Origin: Clostridia bacterium
GTDB lineage: Bacteria; Bacillota; Clostridia; JAAYHZ01
NCBI GenBank assembly: GCA_050950825.1
Contig: JBMNIH010000007.1
Span: forward strand, 32,001-96,000
Length of the DNA: 64,000 nucleotides
Direction: 5' to 3'
Both the position numbers and the translations under genes were made by a program. Under the pieces are notes generated by a model. That model worked only from the letters and a program-made list of their open reading frames with translations. It was not told the DNA's origin and did no database searches. This document shows positions 30,422 to 42,792 of the stretch, one piece after another; positions within the stretch are counted from its first letter, which is position 1; each line of letters starts with the position of its first letter.

Positions 30422-31470
30422 AATATTTAAGCGATTTGGCAAAGTCCTTGCAGCCTTATGTACCGGGAGAACAGCCGAAAGAAAAGACATATATCAAACT
30501 GAATACCAACGAAAATCCTTACCCTCCTTCTCCGAGAGTAATTCAGGCCCTCAGGGATACGGATGCAGCCGCATTAAGGCTGTATCCTCCCCCTGAGAGC
30601 GATGAGCTTCGGGAATGTATCGGAAAATTTTACGGTGTGGATAAAAGCATGGTGTATCCGGCTAACGGGTCCGACGAGCTTTTGGCTTGGTGTTTTCCTG
30701 CGTTTTTTGTAGGAGCGCCTTTGGTTATCAACGATATCACCTACAGCTTTTACCAAGTATATGCGAAGCTTTTTTCCGTACAAACCCAAATCGTGCCCTT
30801 GAACGAGGATTTTTCAATTCCCGTGGAAGCCTATTTGGGTATGGATAAAAACATGATTATTGCCAACCCCAATGCGCCTACAGGTCAAATATTGTCTTTA
30901 ATAGAAATCGAAAGAATTGTCCGATCCAATCCGGATCGGGTGGTATTGATCGACGAAGCCTATATCGACTTCGGAGGCGAGAGCGCGATTCCCTTGACGG
31001 CAAGATATGAAAACCTTTTAATCGTACAGACCTTATCCAAAAGCCGTTGCCTTGCCGGCCTGCGTTGCGGCTTTGCCGTCGGATCTCCTGTTTTGATCGA
31101 GGGATTGGCGAGAATCAAGAATTCTTTTAATTCGTATACCATGGATACAATCGCTTTAAAGCTGGCAAAAGCGGCAATCGAAGATAAGGAATACTTTTTG
31201 GATACCGTAAACAAGGTAAAAGCCACGAGGGCATGGGTGTCGGCAGAGCTTCGAAAATTGGGTTTTCGGTTTGCCGATTCCTATGCAAACTTTCTATTTG
31301 TCACTCATCCGAATATGGAGGCGTCGGTTTTGTTTGAACAATTGCGCCGGCAGGGGATTTTGGTTCGCTACTTCAATTTGCCTCGGATTCAAAATCATTT
31401 GCGAATCACCGTCGGGACTGACGAGGAAATGAAGCAATTGATAAATAAGTTAAAGGAAATACTGCCTTAA
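30418..31470 (+). CDS. hisC: histidinol-phosphate aminotransferase
   Basis: [29 protein letters not shown]...AGLR. Confidence 0.93.
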   Translation: MKYLSDLAKSLQPYVPGEQPKEKTYIKLNTNENPYPPSPRVIQALRDTDAAALRLYPPPESDELRECIGKFYGVDKSMVYPANGSDELLAWCFPAFFVGAPLVINDITYSFYQVYAKLFSVQTQIVPLNEDFSIPVEAYLGMDKNMIIANPNAPTGQILSLIEIERIVRSNPDRVVLIDEAYIDFGGESAIPLTARYENLLIVQTLSKSRCLAGLRCGFAVGSPVLIEGLARIKNSFNSYTMDTIALKLAKAAIEDKEYFLDTVNKVKATRAWVSAELRKLGFRFADSYANFLFVTHPNMEASVLFEQLRRQGILVRYFNLPRIQNHLRITVGTDEEMKQLINKLKEILP

Positions 31471-31498
31471 GGGCGACGGAACGGAGGTCATCGGAAAG

Positions 31499-32086
31499 AT
31501 GGAACGTAAAGCTACGATACGGCGAAAGACAAAGGAAACGGAAATCGTTGCGGAACTGAATATAGACGGTACGGGAAGTACGGAAATCCGTACCGGAATC
31601 GGTTTTTTCGACCACATGCTGACGTTATTAGGGGTACACGGTCGCATGGATTTAAAAATTACGGCGGCAGGGGATATTGACGTGGACGGACATCATACGG
31701 TAGAAGATACGGGCATCGTTTTGGGAACGGCAATAAAAGAAGCTCTGAAAGACAAAAGCGGTATAGCTCGCTACGGCTGCTGTTATATGCCTATGGATGA
31801 AGCCTTGTCCCGTGTGGTAGTGGATATAAGCAATCGTCCTTATTTGGTTATGAATGTTTCGTTTCCCGTGGAGAAAATCGGGAATATGGATACCGAGCTT
31901 TTTGAAGAGTTCTTTAAAAGCATGGCTTTTCATGCCGGTATCACCCTTCATATGGAAACGTTGTACGGCAAAAACAGCCACCATATTGCGGAATCCCTTT
32001 TTAAGGGCTTGGGGCATGCGTTAAGACAAGCGTGGACCGTGGATGCCGGGATAAACGGTGTTTTGTCATCCAAAGGAACATTGTAA
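31499..32086 (+). CDS. hisB: imidazoleglycerol-phosphate dehydratase
   Basis: [34 protein letters not shown]. Confidence 0.96.
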   Translation: MERKATIRRKTKETEIVAELNIDGTGSTEIRTGIGFFDHMLTLLGVHGRMDLKITAAGDIDVDGHHTVEDTGIVLGTAIKEALKDKSGIARYGCCYMPMDEALSRVVVDISNRPYLVMNVSFPVEKIGNMDTELFEEFFKSMAFHAGITLHMETLYGKNSHHIAESLFKGLGHALRQAWTVDAGINGVLSSKGTL

Positions 32087-32106
32087 TTTTAGGAAGGGAA
32101 GTATTT

Positions 32107-32874
32107 ATGACGATAAAAAGAATTATTCCGTGTTTGGACGTTTTAAACGGTAAGGTGGTTAAAGGTATTCGTTTCAAAGGCATGAAGGATTTGGGGGACC
32201 CGGTGGAAATAGCGAAAGCCTATGTGGAAGCCGGTGCCGATGAACTTGTGTTTTTGGATATCAACGCCACCGTCGAAGGACGAGATATCTTGATTGACTT
32301 GGTAAGGAAAACGGCGGAGCAGGTTTCCATCCCCTTCGGCGTAGGCGGAGGCATTCGTTCCATGCAAGACATACGGAACGTATTGAATGCCGGTGCCGAT
32401 AAGATTTCCATGTGCACGGCGGCTTTTCGGAACCCCAAGCTGATCGAAGAAAGCGCCGCCGAGTTTGGCAGCGAAAGGATTGTGCTGGCGATTGATGCGA
32501 AAAAACGTGAAGACGGCAAGGGATGGAACGTCATGATTAACGGCGGCAATACGGACACCGGTATGGACGCGGTAAAATGGGCGCAGGAAGCGCAGAGATT
32601 GGGCGCGGGAGAAATCTTGCTTACAAGCGTAGACCGTGACGGAACCAAAGATGGGTATGATGTGGAGCTGACAAAAACCGTAGCTCGCAATACGGATATA
32701 AAGGTGACGGCATCCGGCGGTGCCGGTTCCATGGAGCATTTTTACGAAATATTGACGGAAGGCGAAGCGGATGCGGCTTTAGCGGCTTCCTTGTTCCACT
32801 TTGGAATTATCGATATCGGAGAGCTTAAAAATTTTCTAAAATCAAAAGGTGTCTGTGTACGGGAAAAGAAATAA
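32107..32874 (+). CDS. hisF: imidazole glycerol phosphate synthase cyclase subunit
   Basis: [51 protein letters not shown]. Confidence 0.93.
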   Translation: MTIKRIIPCLDVLNGKVVKGIRFKGMKDLGDPVEIAKAYVEAGADELVFLDINATVEGRDILIDLVRKTAEQVSIPFGVGGGIRSMQDIRNVLNAGADKISMCTAAFRNPKLIEESAAEFGSERIVLAIDAKKREDGKGWNVMINGGNTDTGMDAVKWAQEAQRLGAGEILLTSVDRDGTKDGYDVELTKTVARNTDIKVTASGGAGSMEHFYEILTEGEADAALAASLFHFGIIDIGELKNFLKSKGVCVREKK

Positions 32875-32901
32875 GTGTTAAAGTATGTGAGGGTGATAGA
32901 T

Positions 32902-33528
32902 ATGGAGTATAACCTAAAGTTGAACGAAGCAGGTTTAATTCCGGTGATTGTAACCGATGCCAAAACCGGAGAAGTACTTATGCTGGCTTGGATGAATAAA
33001 GAAGCCTTGGACAAAACCGTAGAAACGAAAAAAGCTCATTATTACAGCCGCAGCAGGCAGGCCATATGGATGAAGGGGGAAACCTCGGGGAACGTCCAAA
33101 CCGTTGTGTCCATCAAGAAGGATTGCGACGGTGATACGCTTTTGATGGCGGTAGAACAGGAAGGTGCCGCTTGCCATACGGGAGAGCGTTCTTGCTTTTA
33201 TTCGGATCTGTTTGACGAAAATACAAAAACGGAGTCTTCGGAGCTTTACGGTGCGGCGGTGCTAAAAGAGGTTTACCGGGTGGTGACGGACCGTAAGAAG
33301 AATCCGAAGGAAGGCTCTTATACCAACTATCTTTTCGATAAAGGAATCGACAAAATATTGAAAAAGGTAGGAGAAGAGGCCTCGGAAGTGATCATTGCGG
33401 CTAAGAACAATTCGAAGGATGAAATTCGCTATGAAACGGCGGATTTGCTGTATCATTTGATTGTCATGCTCGTGGACCGCGGCTTAACGTTAGAAGAAAT
33501 CTACGGCGAATTGAAAAAACGACGTTAG
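32902..33528 (+). CDS. hisIE: bifunctional phosphoribosyl-AMP cyclohydrolase / phosphoribosyl-ATP pyrophosphatase
   Basis: YYSRSR, KGETSGN, DCDGD, ACHTG..SCF; SYT, KKVGEE, ADLLYH. Confidence 0.95.
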   Translation: MEYNLKLNEAGLIPVIVTDAKTGEVLMLAWMNKEALDKTVETKKAHYYSRSRQAIWMKGETSGNVQTVVSIKKDCDGDTLLMAVEQEGAACHTGERSCFYSDLFDENTKTESSELYGAAVLKEVYRVVTDRKKNPKEGSYTNYLFDKGIDKILKKVGEEASEVIIAAKNNSKDEIRYETADLLYHLIVMLVDRGLTLEEIYGELKKRR

Positions 33529-33649
33529 AATTATTAGAAAACTACATTAATATTCGAAGGATTCGAAAGCAAGGACGAGAAATAGCCGGGTATTTCATCA
33601 CAATCGAGAAAATTTCGAATATTTAGAGAATCTGAGGGCATACTAATAT

Positions 33650-33710
33650 TTGCCTATAATCAATGCAATCTATATTATAGTAATTAGCACTCGACCGGTA
33701 AGAGTGCTAA
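33650..33710 (+). promoter_or_regulatory. groESL promoter and CIRCE element (HrcA operator)
   Basis: TTGCCT-17-TATTAT; exact TTAGCACTC-N9-GAGTGCTAA at 33684-33710. Confidence 0.95.
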
Positions 33711-33740
33711 TATTAAGATTGAGACTATGGAGGTATATGT

Positions 33741-35665
<1,925 letters not shown>

Positions 35666-35687
35666 AAAATTTCGGATAAGCATAAAT

Positions 35688-35718
35688 AATAGGGGTCTGT
35701 CAAAGGCCCCTATTTTAT
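35688..35718 (+). terminator. groESL terminator (intron target stem-loop)
   Basis: AATAGGGGTCT-GTCAA-AGGCCCCTATT followed by TTAT and then the intron 5' end. Confidence 0.85.
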
Positions 35719-37631
35719 GTGCGCGCGGCATGCGCGCGACCTTGACGGTGAAAGTCCGTTACGGGGGTTGATAGCACCAACCGTTAGCCAAAGACAAGGG
35801 TGTCCATCGTGAGGTGGAATCTGAAGGAAGTCGGAGGCAAAATCCCGGCCTGACGAACAGGAACTTCATATGAGGCATATGCAAGTCGGACGAGTTTGCA
35901 TAACAAAACGAAGTCCAATGCTATCCGAGGCTTGCGGTGTAAATGAAGCAGGTATATGGGATGAAGGGGCGCGCGCTTACCCGCGGAGATCTGACCGGTA
36001 CGCTGAGTCGGATGAACTTCCACAAGGCAACCCGTGCAGCAATGTACGGCTGAACGGTCAGAAGTCAGCAGAGGCCATAGTACGCAGCGGTCATGAACGG
36101 AGCGGAAGGGCCGAACAACAGGAGGTTCTGAAAGATTGAAGGACTCGGGAAGGATTTGTAGAGAGCAGACAACTTCATATGAAGACTACCTGCCAGAGGC
36201 AGGGGTGGAACCCCGAGATATGGCAGGAGTGCGGAGAACCCTTCCGGCGGAAACAAACGGACAGGACAATGGAGAAGTAAGTACCTTTGATTTGCTCGAG
36301 AAGATATTGAGTAGAAACAACATGAACGCTGCCTATAAACAGGTGGTAAGGAACAAAGGCTCCCATGGAATTGACGGTATGAAGGTGGATGAACTTCTGC
36401 CATACCTGAAAGAGAAGGGCAATAATCTAATCGGGGAATTGAAGGCAGGGACGTATCGTCCCAAGCCCGTTCGGAGAGTGGAGATACCGAAACCGGACGG
36501 AGGAGTCAGGTTACTGGGGATTCCCACGGTAGTCGACAGGATGGTTCAGCAGGCCATTGCCCAAGTACTTGCATCCATATTTGACCCTGAATTCTCGGAG
36601 AACAGCTTTGGATTTCGGCCGGGAAGAAGTGCTCACCAAGCAATAAAAAGAGCACAGGGATATATAAATGAAGGGTATGACTGGGTAGTGGACATCGACC
36701 TTGCGAAATATTTTGATACTGTGAACCATGATAAACTCATGGCGCTGGTGGCAAGGAGGGTAAAAGACAAGAGGGTACTGAAGCTTATCCGGGAATATCT
36801 GAAAGCGGGCGTCATGATAAACGGGGTCGTAATCGAAACTGAAGAAGGATGCCCACAGGGCGGACCACTCAGTCCCCTGTTAAGCAACATTATGCTGAAC
36901 GAACTGGATAAAGAACTGGAGAAGAGGGGACATAAATTCTGCCGTTATGCTGATGACTGCAATATTTATGTGAGAAGCAGGAAAGCGGCTGAACGCACGA
37001 TGCAGAGTGTCACTAAATTTCTGGAAGGAAAACTGAGGTTAAGAGTTAACCGCGAGAAGAGCGCGGTTGACAGACCGTGGAAGAGAAAGTTCCTTGGATT
37101 CTCATTCTATCACGGGAAAGAAGGCGTGAGAATCCGGGTACACAAAAAGTCCGTAGAGAGATTAAAGGAAAAGATACGCAACATAACATCAAGGAGCAAC
37201 GGGGTGAGTATAGACGTTCGCCTGCAGAAGATAAAGCAACTCATCAAAGGATGGGTCAACTACTTCAGAATTGCGGACATGAAATCTCTCGCACGTTCAC
37301 TGGATGAATGGACACGCAGGCGACTGCGAATGTGTATCTGGAAACAATGGAAGAAAATCCGTACCCGTTTTCAAAATCTAGTGAAACTGGGATTGGACAG
37401 ACAGAAAGCATGGAAATTTGCCAATACAAGAAAAGGCTACTGGAGAATTGCCAATAGCCCCATACTTTCACAAACCATTACGAACGAGCGCCTTCAGAAG
37501 CGCGGATACACTGGCTTTATAGCTGAACTTGCTTAAGAAATTGAACTCTTGTTGAACCGCCGTATACCGAACGGTACGTACGGTGGTGTGGGAGGACGGC
37601 TACTCAATTAATGAGTAGTCTCCTACCCGAT
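35719..37631 (+). mobile_element. group II intron, bacterial class C (IIC)
   Basis: 5' GTGCGC directly after a terminator hairpin; domain V GAACCGCCGTATACCGAACGGTACGTACGGTGGTG (CGC triad); domain VI ending CCTACCCGAT; internal RT ORF. Confidence 0.93.
36136..37536 (+). CDS. ltrA: group II intron reverse transcriptase/maturase (no endonuclease domain)
   Basis: RLLGIPTVVDR, GFRPGR, PQGGPLSP, RYADD, FLGF, thumb GWVNYF; GGAGG RBS with TTG start. Confidence 0.93.
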   Translation: MKDSGRICREQTTSYEDYLPEAGVEPRDMAGVRRTLPAETNGQDNGEVSTFDLLEKILSRNNMNAAYKQVVRNKGSHGIDGMKVDELLPYLKEKGNNLIGELKAGTYRPKPVRRVEIPKPDGGVRLLGIPTVVDRMVQQAIAQVLASIFDPEFSENSFGFRPGRSAHQAIKRAQGYINEGYDWVVDIDLAKYFDTVNHDKLMALVARRVKDKRVLKLIREYLKAGVMINGVVIETEEGCPQGGPLSPLLSNIMLNELDKELEKRGHKFCRYADDCNIYVRSRKAAERTMQSVTKFLEGKLRLRVNREKSAVDRPWKRKFLGFSFYHGKEGVRIRVHKKSVERLKEKIRNITSRSNGVSIDVRLQKIKQLIKGWVNYFRIADMKSLARSLDEWTRRRLRMCIWKQWKKIRTRFQNLVKLGLDRQKAWKFANTRKGYWRIANSPILSQTITNERLQKRGYTGFIAELA

Positions 37632-37656
37632 TCTTTTTGTATTTTATATCCTCTTG

Positions 37657-38766
37657 TCACTTATCTCCCTCAGGATACAGCATGCCTTTTAAGTGTTTGT
37701 ACAACAGCATGTTTCCGTATTGGTTAAAGTGTATATTATCGTATCGCCACAGGTTTACCGGCATTCCGGAAAACAGCGCATAGGTATCCACCACACATGC
37801 ATTCATATCTTCGGCAACCTTGTTCACTTTATCGTAATAGCTTGTCGTCACGGGGCTTTTGTGATAAATCCAGCCGTCATACTCGATGTAGTCGGAATCG
37901 TGTTCTACAGGAGGAAGCGGGAGCAGAACAAAGCCGCAATGCGGCTTGATTCCCCGCACTCGACGAATCACCGAACGCAAGGATTTTTCAAAGGTCTCCG
38001 GATCCGACAAGATGATGTCGTTTCCCGCCAAGGACAGATAAACCAAATCGGGAGCATAGCGCAATAACCGTTCTTCACAATTGTCGTCCAGCCACTTGCA
38101 TGTGGTCGACCCCTGCCCGGTCATATGGACGTAAACCGTTTCCGTCGATATGCCTACAAGAAAAATTTCGGACACCGATTGATCATGAGTATCGGGCACA
38201 AAGTTTTCAAAGCTGATTGTATTTTCTTGATTTTTAACGGCTTTCAGTTCAACGGAAAACGGTTCGAACCCCTGATGGCATTTGTTTTCTCCGGAATTTC
38301 CTACCGTAAGGGCATATTCGCCGTTCACACGGACATCAAATCGGCAAGAAGTCTTTAAAGGATTCGAAAGCATGTACAGCACGATTTTTTCAGCGGAAGC
38401 GGGATTGTATCCGACCGTCAGCTTGTCTTTTGCGGACTTTGCCGTATACCAAAGTACACGTCCGTATTGGGGAAAGACATACGACCTTTTGTAACCGCAA
38501 CGGACGGATCCCTCACCTCGGTTCACAATGTGTTTCGCCGCCAGAATGTCTCCGTGTACATACCCTTTCGAACTGTTGACAAACATGTCCCGCAAGAGAA
38601 AGGACCAGGATAACATTCCGGGAAAGCAGTCATAGCCGTTGGTCCGGGGAACCGGATCAAAGTCGTATCGGTTATAGGCGATGCTGTCGCCGGAAAAAAC
38701 AACGGTGAAAGGATCCAAGCCTCGGAGGGAACGTATGCTTTTCATCGCTTCCTCATTTTGATTCAT
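37657..38766 (-). CDS. SGNH/GDSL hydrolase with inserted beta-rich domain
   Basis: FSGDSI block I, TGQGS, LAGND, DNIHFN; AGGAGG RBS. Confidence 0.8.
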   Translation of the reverse strand: MNQNEEAMKSIRSLRGLDPFTVVFSGDSIAYNRYDFDPVPRTNGYDCFPGMLSWSFLLRDMFVNSSKGYVHGDILAAKHIVNRGEGSVRCGYKRSYVFPQYGRVLWYTAKSAKDKLTVGYNPASAEKIVLYMLSNPLKTSCRFDVRVNGEYALTVGNSGENKCHQGFEPFSVELKAVKNQENTISFENFVPDTHDQSVSEIFLVGISTETVYVHMTGQGSTTCKWLDDNCEERLLRYAPDLVYLSLAGNDIILSDPETFEKSLRSVIRRVRGIKPHCGFVLLPLPPVEHDSDYIEYDGWIYHKSPVTTSYYDKVNKVAEDMNACVVDTYALFSGMPVNLWRYDNIHFNQYGNMLLYKHLKGMLYPEGDK

Positions 38767-39173
38767 AGAAAAAACCTCCTGATCATATATATTCAATTCG
38801 ACTTTGTTGTCTATAAAAGTTATTCTTCAAGCCCTATTGATATCAAGCCGGGCTTTTTACCGGATGAAACAATAGAATTTCCTTTTCCATCCTCTTTACC
38901 CGGGATGGCAGCAATAGCGAATAAATTCATATTACCATAGTTTTCGATATTGAGAACAGAGGTGTGAAAAGTCTCGAGAAAAACTGCAAAACTGCAGGAG
39001 CTTTGTGAAAAAAGGCCTGTTCAACCAATCTTCTTAAGTGATTCCTTCACCGGCCAAAAAGCGGCATCCTTCCAATATCCTTTTTTTATTCCTTCCTTGT
39101 ATTTCGAACCTGCGATTGAAGCATCCCTTCCCCGTATGATATAATACACCTATTAACGAGACAGGAGGGTTAA

Positions 39174-40013
39174 ATGCAAACGCTTCTAAAGACATTCCGA
39201 ACCATATTCGAAAAGAAGATTTTCGTTATTCATATATCTTTTTTTGTGCTCATTGTTTGTTTGTTGGATTTGATGAATCCTTTCTATGTTCTGGTCAAAG
39301 GCTTGTTTACCGAGTTGTCGGGTAATTGGATCGACAATATGATTGTATTGGTGAACAACATCATGAATCGAAACACCATTTTATTTTATATGCTCATTAC
39401 CTTTGCCATCGCTTTGGGTTTAGGCATTGTGCTTTCCGCTTTTTTTTCCGGTATTCTCTATTTGCTCAGCAAAACCGTTGATAACAGCGATTACCGAATA
39501 AAAAGCAATGAGTATGTGAAAGGATTCTTAATGTATTTTGTTCGCTTAACGGTGGTTCTGTTCGTCATTATTTATCTGATTCTGCTTTTGTTTTTCAGCT
39601 ATTTGGTTATGATCTCTCCTACGTTGATTATAGGGAAAATTACCGAGTCCAATCCCTACGGGATCATAACATTCAAAATTTTCTTAATCGTATCCCTTGT
39701 CATCATGTATCTTTTGTTTTTAATTATACGAATTTATTTAATATATATGATACCCGCTTGCTTCAAGACAACCGGCTTTTTACGGATATCCTTGAAGGTA
39801 GCGGGCTCTTCCTTTATACACAGTCTTCTTGCTTTTTTGTTTATGGATCTTTTTTACGTGGGCATGATATCTTTTCTCGGTATCGTCCGGTCCGGATTAT
39901 TAAAATTTATTTTGGCTTTTTTAATGAATTCTTGTTTTTGGAGTACGGTTATTGTATGGTTGTTTTATCATTTTAATCATACCATTATCAAAAAGAATAT
40001 CCCCATCGATTAG
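39174..40013 (+). CDS. hypothetical multi-pass membrane protein
   Basis: about 6 hydrophobic helices; AGGAGG RBS. Confidence 0.6.
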   Translation: MQTLLKTFRTIFEKKIFVIHISFFVLIVCLLDLMNPFYVLVKGLFTELSGNWIDNMIVLVNNIMNRNTILFYMLITFAIALGLGIVLSAFFSGILYLLSKTVDNSDYRIKSNEYVKGFLMYFVRLTVVLFVIIYLILLLFFSYLVMISPTLIIGKITESNPYGIITFKIFLIVSLVIMYLLFLIIRIYLIYMIPACFKTTGFLRISLKVAGSSFIHSLLAFLFMDLFYVGMISFLGIVRSGLLKFILAFLMNSCFWSTVIVWLFYHFNHTIIKKNIPID

Positions 40014-40703
40014 CTATTTCGCAAAATTATGCCGTCCGATTTGCAGCATGATAGGGCGTGACCATATCCAAGAGCTGGTAGCCGTTGACGGGTTGTAATA
40101 ATATACGCATCCGTGGGTGGGGTCCCAACCGTTAAGAGCGTCTTGGGCGGCACGGAAAGCCGTTTGGTCCGGAGACAAGTTGATTTGTCCGTCGGATACG
40201 GCATCAAAAGCCCCGGGCTGGTATATGACACCGGCGATGGTTTTTGGGAAGCGGCTGTCCTTAACTCGGTTTAGTACCACGGCACCGATGGCAACTTGTC
40301 CGATATAGGGCTCTCCGCGCCCCTCTCCGTGAATCAAATGAGCCAATAGGTTCAAATCGCTGTTGGATGTGGTTTGGTTCCCTCCGCCTCCGCCGGTCTG
40401 CCCCGTGGGCAGTCCTAATGCGGCTAAGGTTTGAGGACCTGCAATGCCGTCTACCTTAAGGCCGTTCTTCCTCTGAAATGCCTTTACGGCATTGGCCGTT
40501 TGATATCCGTATATCCCGTCTACTTTCCCTTTATAATATCCCCAATTTTTAAGGCGGGTTTGAATATTGGTGACTTCTTGCCCGCGAGATCCGTATTTGG
40601 ATAAAACTTCTTTGGTGTCGGTCAAGTATACATATGCCGTTATGGACAGCACCGAAATAAATGCAATGATAATGAATAAAAAGCGGGAATATTTCCTTTT
40701 CAC
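40014..40703 (-). CDS. sleB: spore cortex-lytic enzyme SleB
   Basis: signal/TM, PG-binding domain (DGIYG...FQRKNGLKVDGIAG), hydrolase_2 (GEGRGEPYIGQVAIGAVVLNR, VIYQPGAF, IGRHNF). Confidence 0.93.
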   Translation of the reverse strand: MKRKYSRFLFIIIAFISVLSITAYVYLTDTKEVLSKYGSRGQEVTNIQTRLKNWGYYKGKVDGIYGYQTANAVKAFQRKNGLKVDGIAGPQTLAALGLPTGQTGGGGGNQTTSNSDLNLLAHLIHGEGRGEPYIGQVAIGAVVLNRVKDSRFPKTIAGVIYQPGAFDAVSDGQINLSPDQTAFRAAQDALNGWDPTHGCVYYYNPSTATSSWIWSRPIMLQIGRHNFAK

Positions 40704-40741
40704 GAATATCACTTCCTTTTTTGTACGTTTCCTTTTTAAAA

Positions 40742-40771
40742 TAGTTTGTCTTCTAAAAGAAAGAAATATTC
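40742..40771 (-). promoter_or_regulatory. sigmaG-type forespore promoter of sleB
   Basis: minus strand GAATA-18 nt-CAAACTA matches the sigmaG consensus GHATA-N18-CAWAHTA. Confidence 0.7.
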
Positions 40772-40784
40772 ATGAATCGGCGAG

Positions 40785-41057
40785 TTAAAAGTCAATCAAT
40801 ATGTAGATGATCAGAATCAGAAGAATCTTATCGTCGCTTTTGTCCTTTAGCAATACCAAAGCGAGAACCAAAAGTATGATATCGTCCAATTCGATATTAT
40901 CCTTGATCTTTCTTAGGATGGTGTTTAACGAATAATCCGGCAGCAGTTTTTCTTCCTTGCCTTTGGACAACTCGTCGGGCAACGGAATCCGACGATTGTC
41001 CGAAGGTTCGGAAGGCCTTTTAGGATTGGTATATACATTTGAACGCACCGAAACCAT
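40785..41057 (-). CDS. small hypothetical protein with hydrophobic C-terminus
   Basis: GGAGG RBS; ELDDIILLVLALVLL...DKILLILII. Confidence 0.65.
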   Translation of the reverse strand: MVSVRSNVYTNPKRPSEPSDNRRIPLPDELSKGKEEKLLPDYSLNTILRKIKDNIELDDIILLVLALVLLKDKSDDKILLILIIYILIDF

Positions 41058-41067
41058 GGCACCCTCC

Positions 41068-41391
41068 TTAATCGTTTTTAAAAAGCTCCGTAAGCATAGC
41101 TATTCTTAAGATATTGACGCATGTAGCCACCTTTTTTTGTCTTCTGCTGTTTAAAAATGGCTTAATGGCGAGAAGCAAATGAATTCTAGGGTCGTTCATT
41201 TTCTGCAGTTTTTCGATTACGTTCTTTGCGTCCCCTAATACTTCCAAGCTGTTGTCATGGGCAGGGGAAGACTTTTCTCCGTCCTCCAATTTCGACATGA
41301 AGGACTTAATCATATCCTTCATATCATCCGGGACCTTTTCTTGACCCAGCATGCCTGCTATCATATCGATTTTGTCGTCTATATCCGCCAT
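41068..41391 (-). CDS. small hypothetical protein
   Basis: AAGGAGG RBS; DPRIHLLLAIKPFL...RRQKKV motif. Confidence 0.7.
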   Translation of the reverse strand: MADIDDKIDMIAGMLGQEKVPDDMKDMIKSFMSKLEDGEKSSPAHDNSLEVLGDAKNVIEKLQKMNDPRIHLLLAIKPFLNSRRQKKVATCVNILRIAMLTELFKND

Positions 41392-41414
41392 TTTACGCCT
41401 CCTTCATGGAATCG

Positions 41415-41738
41415 TTAGTCAAACAGCATCTTTTTCATTTTTTTCATGATTTCAGGTCCGTCTTTTCCAAGGAGCTTCTCCATGTATTCGAAATCTTTTT
41501 GGGTGAGTCTGCTTTTGACTTTATCCAAGTCGATGTTCAATTCTTTCAGCTTGCTTTTGTCAAATTCGTCGATTTTTTTATTCAGCTGTTCCAAATCGAC
41601 ATTACGCAATTTCTTTTTCAATTCTTCCGTATCTTCGTTTTTCAGCATTTCGATGGCTTTGTCGATTTTTTTGTTTACTTGCTTGCCGTTTTGCTTCATA
41701 TACCTTTCTACGAATTTAGAATCCAAGTCGTACTTCAT
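41415..41738 (-). CDS. small helical hypothetical protein
   Basis: GGAGG RBS; Lys/Asp/Glu-rich amphipathic helices; first of a three-gene run. Confidence 0.65.
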   Translation of the reverse strand: MKYDLDSKFVERYMKQNGKQVNKKIDKAIEMLKNEDTEELKKKLRNVDLEQLNKKIDEFDKSKLKELNIDLDKVKSRLTQKDFEYMEKLLGKDGPEIMKKMKKMLFD

Positions 41739-41903
41739 GTCCGTACCTCCGTATACCGTTACTTAACTTTATTCCGCTGCAAAAGGATTTATGATATTTT
41801 TGAAAAAGTAAAAACGCTTTCGCAGCATCACTTTAGTATATGTAGCATTTATATCTTTTGTGATATAATGGATAGCAAATACGGACGAGACGGAGACAAG
41901 AAT

Positions 41904-42782
41904 ATGTTTGATGTAATTGTTATTGGACAGGGGCCGGCAGGCATATCCGCCTCTTTATACACGGTACGAGGCAATTGCTCCACCTTGGTGGTAGCCAAGG
42001 ATTTCGGCTCTTTATACAAAGCGGATAAAATCGATAATTACTACGGGTTTCCCGAAACCATAAGCGGAAAAGAGTTATTGGAAAACGGAATCAAGCAAGC
42101 GAAGCGTTTGGGCGTGGAGTTCGCCCAAGATGAGATCGTGGGCATCTCTTACGACGATGCATTTAACGTTATCGGGAAACAAAACACGTATCGCGCCCGA
42201 TCGGTCATACTGGCGGTAGGCCAGCCCGGCAGAAAATTGGCTTTAAAGGGAATTAAAGAATTCGAAGGAAAAGGGATCAGCTATTGCGTCACCTGCGACG
42301 GATTCTTTTACCGGAATAAAAAAGTAGGGGTTTTAGGCTACACCGATTATGCCGTCCATGAAGCATCGGAGCTTTTAACCTATACGGAGGATATCACCCT
42401 TTTTACCAACGGCAAAAAACTCGAAGTCGATGAACAATCGGAAAAGATGCTTTCGCAGTTTAAGGTGACGGATAAGCCCATTGCTTCCGTTTCCGGCAGC
42501 GAATTTGTAGAAAAAATCGAATTTACCGACGGTACGGCGGAAGAGGTAGACGGCATCTTTGTTGCTTACGGCAGTGCCTCCGCCGTAGAGTTTGCCTTAA
42601 AACTGGGTGTTTTGACCGAAAACAATGCCATTGTAACGGAAAAGGACGGCTCTACCGGCATACCGGGGCTTTTTGCTTGCGGCGACTGCACCGGCGTATT
42701 TAAACAGATTTCGGTGGCGGTAGGTCAAGGAGCGATGGCAGGAAAAGCCGCCTTGGATTATGTAAAGAAGCTGAAAAAATAG
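41904..42782 (+). CDS. trxB: thioredoxin reductase family FAD/NAD(P)H oxidoreductase
   Basis: IGQGPAG, NYYGF, SYCVTCDG (CxxC), FACGD. Confidence 0.8.
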   Translation: MFDVIVIGQGPAGISASLYTVRGNCSTLVVAKDFGSLYKADKIDNYYGFPETISGKELLENGIKQAKRLGVEFAQDEIVGISYDDAFNVIGKQNTYRARSVILAVGQPGRKLALKGIKEFEGKGISYCVTCDGFFYRNKKVGVLGYTDYAVHEASELLTYTEDITLFTNGKKLEVDEQSEKMLSQFKVTDKPIASVSGSEFVEKIEFTDGTAEEVDGIFVAYGSASAVEFALKLGVLTENNAIVTEKDGSTGIPGLFACGDCTGVFKQISVAVGQGAMAGKAALDYVKKLKK

Positions 42783-42792
42783 ACAAGGTCAG

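Noticed and set aside
33549-33623. Inverted repeat AATATTCGAA...TTCGAATATT after hisIE
   Set aside because: AT-rich and weakly paired inside; likely a 3' UTR structure or chance
35719-37631. RT as a retron, DGR or CRISPR-associated RT
   Set aside because: Clear group II intron boundaries, domains V/VI and maturase thumb; no msr-msd, TR/VR repeats or CRISPR array seen in the window
38800-39170. Long intergenic region between the SGNH and membrane protein genes
   Set aside because: No convincing ORF, repeat, att site or RNA motif found beyond promoter-like elements
41406-41903. 166-aa N-terminal extension of the trxB ORF in the track
   Set aside because: It is the antisense shadow of the minus-strand gene 41415-41738; the real start is ATG 41904 after a GGAG RBS
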